Assembly: GCA_043745805.1 (NCBI GenBank)
Contig: JAYTSD010000045.1
Location: 96,001 to 160,000 of the forward strand
Reading direction: 5' to 3'
DNA from: Fibrobacteria bacterium
GTDB taxonomy: Bacteria; Fibrobacterota; Fibrobacteria; UBA11236
Length of the DNA stretch: 64,000 nucleotides
The translations under genes and the position numbers were made by a program. Under the pieces are notes generated by a model. The model was given only the letters and a program-made list of their open reading frames with translations, made no database searches and had not been told where the DNA came from. Below, piece by piece: positions 57,978 to 64,000 of this stretch (positions are counted from its first letter, which is position 1; each line of letters starts with the position of its first letter).

Positions 57978-60437
57978 TTAAGGAATCTGTGAAGCCATGG
58001 CTTCTGGGCTAAATGCCCATAGTTGTGGCTTTTGGAAACTACTCCAACCTTTGATTAAATCTTCCAACCAACTTATTTGGGAAACGGGTTTAAAGGACAC
58101 AGAGGCAAGACTACTGAGATTTAAATCCTCAAGCCCTGAAGTACTCGGAATATTTATAATATCCGCACCCTCATGGGCAGGGTAACCTGCGCGTCTTAAA
58201 GTTTCACTTATGGCTTCTTGCATTCCACCAAAGGCATCGGCTAATCCATTGGCAACAGCTTGTGTGCCCGTGAATACGCGGCCTTCACCTAAGCTGTCAA
58301 TAGCGTCCCAAGTTTTATGTCTTCCCTTACTCACTTTTTCTACAAAGTCATGATAAAATTCATCCATATGATTATTTAAGGTTTGTAATTCTTGGGGAGA
58401 CCAGGGCCTGGCTTCGCTTTCTGCATCTGCATGCGCTGCGGTTTTGACACCGTCGGTGCTGATGCCGAGTTTTTCGTATAAACCCTTGAGTACAAATTTA
58501 CCGGATAAAACACCGATGCTACCCACGATGGAATTAGGTTCGGTGAAAACTTTGTCTGCACCGCATAAGGCATAATAGCCACCCGAAGCGGCCACGTTAC
58601 CTATGGTAGCGATTAAGGGCTTGCCGGTTTTTTTGAAAACTTCCAATTCATTCCAAATCAAATCCGAAGCTTGCGCCGATCCTCCCGGAGAATTGATGCG
58701 TAAAATTAAACCTTTAATATTTTCATCTTCACGCGCAGCGCGAATTTGACGTGCTAAAGTTTCATGTCCAGCGGCATGTAAAAAAGGATTGTCGGTGCTT
58801 TGGCCCATAATAATATCGCCTTCGAGTACAATTAAAGCCAAACGCGGTTTGGGTTTCCATGAAGTAGGGTAAACGCCTTCGAAAGGAAAGGGATAAGCGT
58901 GTGCTTCGGGACCGCCGGCATATTCTAGCATTTGATCGGGTTGTAAAAGCGTATCCACCAAATGCGCGGCTACGGCTTTATGCAAACTAATTTGCCCTGC
59001 ATCAAAGAATTTTTGTAAGGAGTCGCGCGGTACCTTGCGTGCTACGGCAATCACTTCAATATAATGTTGCCATAATGATCCCATCAGCGAAGATAAATTT
59101 GCTCGCGCCTCCTCGGACAAGTTCTTGCGCGTAAAAGGTTCTTCAAAAGATTTATAACGCCCATGTCGTATAAATTGTGGCTCAATACCCGCTTTATCAA
59201 AAAGTCCGCGATAAAAACGCATTTCCGAGGAAAAACCTAAAATGTTAAAGTAACCTGCAGGTTGCAGGGCAATACGCTCTGCCGCGGTGGCGAGATAATA
59301 ATTGAGGGGTGAAACTTCTTCTAAATAAGCTACCACATGTTTGCCTTCTGATCGTAAGCGTATAATTCTTTGATAGATTTCTTCACCGCTACCAAAACCA
59401 CATTTGGCTTTGCCCAGTTTCAGTAAAACGGTATGGACACGCGGATTTTTATCTAAAGCATCAAAACGTCTTAATAAATCGAGGAAGGTGATTTCATTAG
59501 GTTTAGCAAATAAAGACGGCGCGGCAGCTTCTTCGGTAATGGTTTTGTTCAAATCTAAAATGGCGACTTCGCCGCCTTTCACCAGAGCGGGTTGTTTTTG
59601 TAAACTGCTAGTTTGCATAGCTAATTCACGACTGTGCGCATGATGGATACGTGTTTTTTGATAAGCAATACCATATTCAGGGGTAACCTGTAAGCTAATC
59701 CCCAATTGAAAGTCGCGTCTTTTGCGATTCCAATCGCCATGCAAAGCAAAACCTAAAGGCAATTGAATATCTTGGAATAAGCTCCATTGTGCCTTATCCT
59801 GCAAGTCATTCAATCCATTTTGTTGCGAGCGCAAACCAATAGTCCATTTCGGTCCTAAACTTTTAGTAAAGCTTAATGGTCTAAATCCAATGGCGAAATG
59901 TGCAAAGCCGGAACTGTCGGTATCGCTTTGCCAAAGGTTTTCGGTAAAATAGCCTACTTTACACCAAGCACCCAATTCTAGCTGTACGCCTAAATCCCCA
60001 CTGGCCGAATTGCCGCCATGATAGGGTATAGCATAACGGAAATGCCCTCCAATTTGCAAACTTGGGACAATAGAAAAGCCTAGCCCTAAATTTAAACGCG
60101 TGAGTGGGTTGTTTGGGCTTTGAAAATATTCCAAGCCCAAACCAGTCTCAGAAGATTGATAGCCATATATCCATCCTGGAGCGGTTGTGAATGAAGCGGG
60201 AGATGTGAGGGCATCGAGATAAGCAAGGTTTTGTACCACACCACGTTCTAGTCCTAAAGCCGCAGGATTTCCATAAACACCTTGATCAACAGCGATGGCA
60301 TTATGAGCATTACTGTAGAAGGAAGTCTCGAAAGCGGTTGAATGTTGTGGAGAAAAAAGCAAAAATATACCGGCTAAAGTCGAGAGACCTTGGATATATT
60401 TATTGATAATTGCAGAAAATGACTTGTTTTTTAGCAT
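57978..60437 (-). CDS. sppA: Signal peptide peptidase SppA (S49) with long N-terminal beta-strand domain
   Basis: Likely start MLKNK (60437); YYLATAA, GRYKSFEEP, LRINSPGGS, AASGGYY, GSIGV, EGRVFTG.QA..GL.D.FG. Confidence 0.9.
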   Translation of the reverse strand: MLKNKSFSAIINKYIQGLSTLAGIFLLFSPQHSTAFETSFYSNAHNAIAVDQGVYGNPAALGLERGVVQNLAYLDALTSPASFTTAPGWIYGYQSSETGLGLEYFQSPNNPLTRLNLGLGFSIVPSLQIGGHFRYAIPYHGGNSASGDLGVQLELGAWCKVGYFTENLWQSDTDSSGFAHFAIGFRPLSFTKSLGPKWTIGLRSQQNGLNDLQDKAQWSLFQDIQLPLGFALHGDWNRKRRDFQLGISLQVTPEYGIAYQKTRIHHAHSRELAMQTSSLQKQPALVKGGEVAILDLNKTITEEAAAPSLFAKPNEITFLDLLRRFDALDKNPRVHTVLLKLGKAKCGFGSGEEIYQRIIRLRSEGKHVVAYLEEVSPLNYYLATAAERIALQPAGYFNILGFSSEMRFYRGLFDKAGIEPQFIRHGRYKSFEEPFTRKNLSEEARANLSSLMGSLWQHYIEVIAVARKVPRDSLQKFFDAGQISLHKAVAAHLVDTLLQPDQMLEYAGGPEAHAYPFPFEGVYPTSWKPKPRLALIVLEGDIIMGQSTDNPFLHAAGHETLARQIRAAREDENIKGLILRINSPGGSAQASDLIWNELEVFKKTGKPLIATIGNVAASGGYYALCGADKVFTEPNSIVGSIGVLSGKFVLKGLYEKLGISTDGVKTAAHADAESEARPWSPQELQTLNNHMDEFYHDFVEKVSKGRHKTWDAIDSLGEGRVFTGTQAVANGLADAFGGMQEAISETLRRAGYPAHEGADIINIPSTSGLEDLNLSSLASVSFKPVSQISWLEDLIKGWSSFQKPQLWAFSPEAMASQIP

Positions 60438-60472
60438 AATTTTTCTTTTTTTAAATAAAACAAGGAAATACA

Positions 60473-60730
60473 TTGAACATAGAAGTAGCAAAAAAAGTCA
60501 AAGAGATAATCGCAGAAGTGGTTGGTTTTGACACCAAAGATATCGGTGACGGTGATAAATTCATTCCCGATTATAAAATCACTTATGCGGAACGCAAAGC
60601 CCTTCTGGCTCAATTAAATGATGCCTTTCAAAGGGAAACCAGTTTTGAAGATTTCTGCAAATTGGATAATGTGATGGCCGTAATAGAGGCTTATTCCACA
60701 GCGGCTACAAGCGCTGATTCCGAAGACTAA
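60473..60730 (+). CDS. Acyl-carrier-protein-like protein lacking the phosphopantetheine Ser
   Basis: KKVKEIIAE..G...I....F..DYKITYAE...L.DAF......K...V..VI aligns to AcpP, but DSLD is replaced by TYAE; AGGA RBS, TTG start. Confidence 0.7.
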   Translation: MNIEVAKKVKEIIAEVVGFDTKDIGDGDKFIPDYKITYAERKALLAQLNDAFQRETSFEDFCKLDNVMAVIEAYSTAATSADSED

Positions 60731-60796
60731 GCTTAATTTTTTAAGCTTAAATTTTTTAATCCTCTTCATACTAATTGCTTTGAGTTAACCCTAAGA

Positions 60797-61393
60797 TTAG
60801 GGTTTTTCTTTTAGTTTCTGAAAATCAACGCATTCCATCGGCTCCAAACGGCTTGCAAATCCGGTTTTTCTTTGCGCGGTAGTAATTTTGGGTTCTAGCG
60901 TATAGCAAATACTCAAAGTATCCCCTGCATCGGTGGGAATAGTAAGGCGAATAATTTTTACATGTACATTCGAATTTTCTGGAAAAAATTCGCAATAGTC
61001 CATTTTGGATTTAATAAATACGCGCCGAATATTTTCATCGAAATTAATTTTCCCTTTAAAATTTTCTGGTAAATTAATCGGTAGGGTGCTTTCTAAACGT
61101 AATTCTAAATCATTATCCTTTTTAACAATTTTACCACCTTTAGGTAATAATAAGCTGCGATGCTCAGGATAGTTTCGATAAGCCATATAGCTGCGGGTTT
61201 TGACTCCACATACTTCGCGTAAATGGGCATCACGATTAAAATCTAAATCATGGCATATTTCTGGCATATCTTCGGGCGCTATGGCGTCGCTATGTCCCTT
61301 ATTTGATGCACAATTCCAAAACGCAAAACTCCAAATAAGCGTTGCCAAAAGACAAAGCTTGCGGAGAATTTTGTGGGTGGAAAAAATCTTCAC
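60797..61393 (-). CDS. Hypothetical lipoprotein
   Basis: Signal peptide ending FWNC; several additional Cys residues. Confidence 0.55.
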   Translation of the reverse strand: MKIFSTHKILRKLCLLATLIWSFAFWNCASNKGHSDAIAPEDMPEICHDLDFNRDAHLREVCGVKTRSYMAYRNYPEHRSLLLPKGGKIVKKDNDLELRLESTLPINLPENFKGKINFDENIRRVFIKSKMDYCEFFPENSNVHVKIIRLTIPTDAGDTLSICYTLEPKITTAQRKTGFASRLEPMECVDFQKLKEKP

Positions 61394-61446
61394 TTGAATT
61401 CCTAATGTGACCTTATTTTTTATTTCTATTATAACTCTTTACTAGG

Positions 61447-61965
61447 ATGTTGAGAGAAGATAATTATGCTCAGATTAAACGGTGGGAAAAATCGCAACAA
61501 CTTAAAACGTTGCAGAACGAGAACTTCTCTGGGCCTTTGGCGCTTTGCCCCTATCGTGACCACAGCGGAGAAATCGTTTCCCTTCCAGTGTTCATCGTCC
61601 GTATGTATCAAAAAGAACTATGCTGTGTCAAGCCCTGCTTGGTCCATAGCCCCTTGCTCCAAATTCCGCCGTATTGGATAACTCGTCAAGGCATCGATTG
61701 GGAAAATTATTTACCTGCTATTTTAAAAGCCTATAGATACGACGCAGAAGTTCCTAGCGACTTTGTTCCGCTCCGAAAAATTTCAGAAACATTATTAGCC
61801 AACTTTGAAAAATTATTGCCACGACAATTGCCCGAGGTTTTTCAAAAAATGCGGGACAATGGATTATTACGCAAACTCGATCCACTTTTGCAAAACACTT
61901 ACCCGTCCGTTTTAAATTGGGCTAATCGGAAAATGTATTTTCAGGATTTCAGAAAAAAAACCTAG
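61447..61965 (+). CDS. Hypothetical protein
   Basis: 172-aa ORF filling the intergenic space; no motif recognised. Confidence 0.5.
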   Translation: MLREDNYAQIKRWEKSQQLKTLQNENFSGPLALCPYRDHSGEIVSLPVFIVRMYQKELCCVKPCLVHSPLLQIPPYWITRQGIDWENYLPAILKAYRYDAEVPSDFVPLRKISETLLANFEKLLPRQLPEVFQKMRDNGLLRKLDPLLQNTYPSVLNWANRKMYFQDFRKKT

Positions 61966-61983
61966 GCCAAAAGATTATCGAGC

Positions 61984-62448
61984 TTAGGTATATCGAATGC
62001 TTACAATGGTGTACCGCTGTGGACCTTTAGGCGTTAATACCGTGATTTTAGCATTCGCTTTTTGGCCTAATAAAGCTTTGCCCAAAGGAGAATCCAGCGA
62101 GATTTTTCCCGCCAAAGGATCGATTTCTTCCGCACCTACCAATTGAATGGCCCACTCTTTACCATCGGCTTTTTGCAGACTAATTTGCGCTCCAAAGAAA
62201 ACGGTGTTTAAGTCTTTAGGTTTTGCGTCAACAACTGTACTATTAAGGATTTTGCTATCTAATTCGCGCAGTCGTTTATCAATTTCACGTAATTTTTTAC
62301 GGCCATAAATATATTCTGCATTTTCGGATCTATCGCCTTGTGCCGCAGCAGCAGCAATTTCGATTAATAGTTTGGGGCGTTGCAATTTGAAGAGGTCATC
62401 CCACTCTAATTGCAGTTTTTCCAAACCTTGTTTGCTAATGGGAAGCAT
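61984..62448 (-). CDS. greB: Transcription elongation factor GreB
   Basis: AAAQGDRSENAEYIYGRKKLREIDKRLR.L, VFFGA, ISLDSPLGKALLG. Confidence 0.92.
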   Translation of the reverse strand: MLPISKQGLEKLQLEWDDLFKLQRPKLLIEIAAAAAQGDRSENAEYIYGRKKLREIDKRLRELDSKILNSTVVDAKPKDLNTVFFGAQISLQKADGKEWAIQLVGAEEIDPLAGKISLDSPLGKALLGQKANAKITVLTPKGPQRYTIVSIRYT

Positions 62449-62510
62449 TAGGAGCGCATAAAATTGTAAAAATGCCTGTTGCCTTGTTGTCCCATAAGGG
62501 AAATTAAAGG

Positions 62511-62583
<73 letters not shown>

Positions 62584-62632
62584 AACAGCGGTGTAAATTT
62601 AAGCGTATGGGCATTTTCTGTCAACCAATTCG

Positions 62633-63202
62633 TCACTTTTTCTTGACTGAAAACACAATAAGAATTCGATCCAAAGTGTCTCGAAATTTAAGATCGAGAG
62701 TTTCCTCGGTGAAGAGGGTTAATCTTAACATGCGGCGCGTATGAAAAAATTCTGCATGCTGTGAATCTTTTTCGCGATAATAAAACTCTTCAATTTGACT
62801 GGCCTCAATAATTCCACCACGAATTTTGGTGAGTCGCATGGCAGGCTTGCCGGTATTGTAAAAATCAATAATGACTTTACCTTTTTCATTTTTCCAAAAA
62901 TGGGATCGCGTGGGTTGTCCTCTTAATAGAACTTGAATTAAATAACTTTCATTTCCCCCTTTGTCCTGCCTGTCTAAAAGCAGTTGTACAACCTGACATT
63001 CTGGTGTATCCACTTTCTCTTTTGGCTTTGGCAAATAGGTGTTAAACCCTCTAAAAGGGGGCTGTGAGGAGGCCATGGTCGTTGAGGAGTTTGGAGAAAT
63101 GGCACGGGAGGGTGCGGCCTCACCTTGATGTGGTGTTTGCGCCTGTAACCGACCAAAACTAAACCAGAGGTCGAAGACAAATATCCATTTTATTAAGTTC
63201 AG
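62633..63202 (-). CDS. Exported hypothetical protein with AMIN-like domain; candidate CTG start
   Basis: Frame stays open 42 codons above ATG 63076, giving a signal-like LNLIKWIFVFDLWFSFGRLQA; KVIIDFYNT resembles AMIN. Confidence 0.5.
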   Translation of the reverse strand: MNLIKWIFVFDLWFSFGRLQAQTPHQGEAAPSRAISPNSSTTMASSQPPFRGFNTYLPKPKEKVDTPECQVVQLLLDRQDKGGNESYLIQVLLRGQPTRSHFWKNEKGKVIIDFYNTGKPAMRLTKIRGGIIEASQIEEFYYREKDSQHAEFFHTRRMLRLTLFTEETLDLKFRDTLDRILIVFSVKKK

Positions 63203-63299
63203 AAGAAAACCTTATCTACATTTAATGAAATAATCAATTGTCCAGTTAGGGAGATGATATAAAAACATTTAAGCTTTTACGCAATTTGGAAATATCAGT

Positions 63300-63974
63300 A
63301 TGAGCTTACAGATTAAGGCCATGTTTGATAATATTGCAAGAAAATATGATTTATTAAATCATGTTTTAAGTGCCGGTCGTGATTTAGCTTGGAGACGCAA
63401 AGCGGTGCGTTTATTGGCGAAACAAAATAATTCTCGAGTATTGGATTTATGTGGCGGAACGGGTGATTTTTTATTGGCTTGGAATAAAAATAATTCTTCC
63501 TTAGCCCTAGGTTTGATCGGTGATTTTTCCTTACCGATGTTACGCTTAGCGCAAATCAAAACGCATACTTTTTATGCGGCACAAATCGATGCCTTAGCAC
63601 CGGCGATCAAAGCAGGATCTTTTGACGTGGTTCTTTGTGGCTTTGGCATGCGTAATTTGGATTCTTTACCAGAAGGTATTCGCCAAGTCAAGCACCTATT
63701 GGCTCCAGGCGGAGTTTTTGTGACTTTGGAATTTTTTCGTCCGACCACCTTATTTACCCGATTTTTTTATGCGGTGTTTGCGCCGATGGCGATTCCAGCT
63801 ATGGCAGTTTTATTAGCTTCACAAAAACAAGCCTATAAATACTTAGTGAGTTCCATTTTGGGTTTTCGTTCCGCCCAGGAATATCAAAAATTATGCGAAG
63901 CAAATGGTTTTAAAAATTGTAAAATTGTGAGTTGTGATTTTGGTATCGCCCATATTATTTTGGCTTACGCTTAG
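63300..63974 (+). CDS. ubiE: Ubiquinone/menaquinone biosynthesis C-methyltransferase UbiE/MenG
   Basis: MFDNIARKYDLLNHVLSAG.D..WR, VLDLCGGTGD, DFS..ML, FGMRN, LEF, AYKYL..SI. Confidence 0.9.
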   Translation: MSLQIKAMFDNIARKYDLLNHVLSAGRDLAWRRKAVRLLAKQNNSRVLDLCGGTGDFLLAWNKNNSSLALGLIGDFSLPMLRLAQIKTHTFYAAQIDALAPAIKAGSFDVVLCGFGMRNLDSLPEGIRQVKHLLAPGGVFVTLEFFRPTTLFTRFFYAVFAPMAIPAMAVLLASQKQAYKYLVSSILGFRSAQEYQKLCEANGFKNCKIVSCDFGIAHIILAYA

Positions 63975-64000
63975 TATAGGCCTAGAAAGAGTGTATGAGT

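Noticed and set aside
60728..60760. TAAGCTTAATTTTT tandem repeat
   Set aside because: An AT-rich 14-bp duplication between convergent genes, probably trivial or terminator-like.

Overview
AT-rich bacterial chromosomal window, about 55 CDS. The lineage is most consistent with Fibrobacterota, an inference from T9SS-like or basic C-terminal tails, a PEP-CTERM gene, TrmFO, bacilliredoxin and a barrel-fused SppA. Housekeeping genes include trhO, aqpZ, can, trmFO, purC, purH, rfbC, xerD, sthA, def, sppA, greB and ubiE/menG. RNA genes are tRNA-Asn, tRNA-fMet, tRNA-Phe and an SRP RNA. Several decayed genes lie downstream of tRNA-Asn. The standout is a locus at about 39.2-45.8 kb that looks like a rewired alpha-hydroxyketone (CAI-1/LAI-1-type) quorum-sensing system. 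A CqsA/LqsA-like autoinducer synthase is divergent from a membrane protein whose CqsS/LqsS-like sensor domain is fused to a class III adenylate cyclase instead of a histidine kinase. Downstream of the synthase are a response regulator with a serine-less ACP-like domain (second paralog at 34 kb), two tandem winged-helix regulators and a candidate structured sRNA. All family assignments come from motif recognition by eye; no database searches were run.
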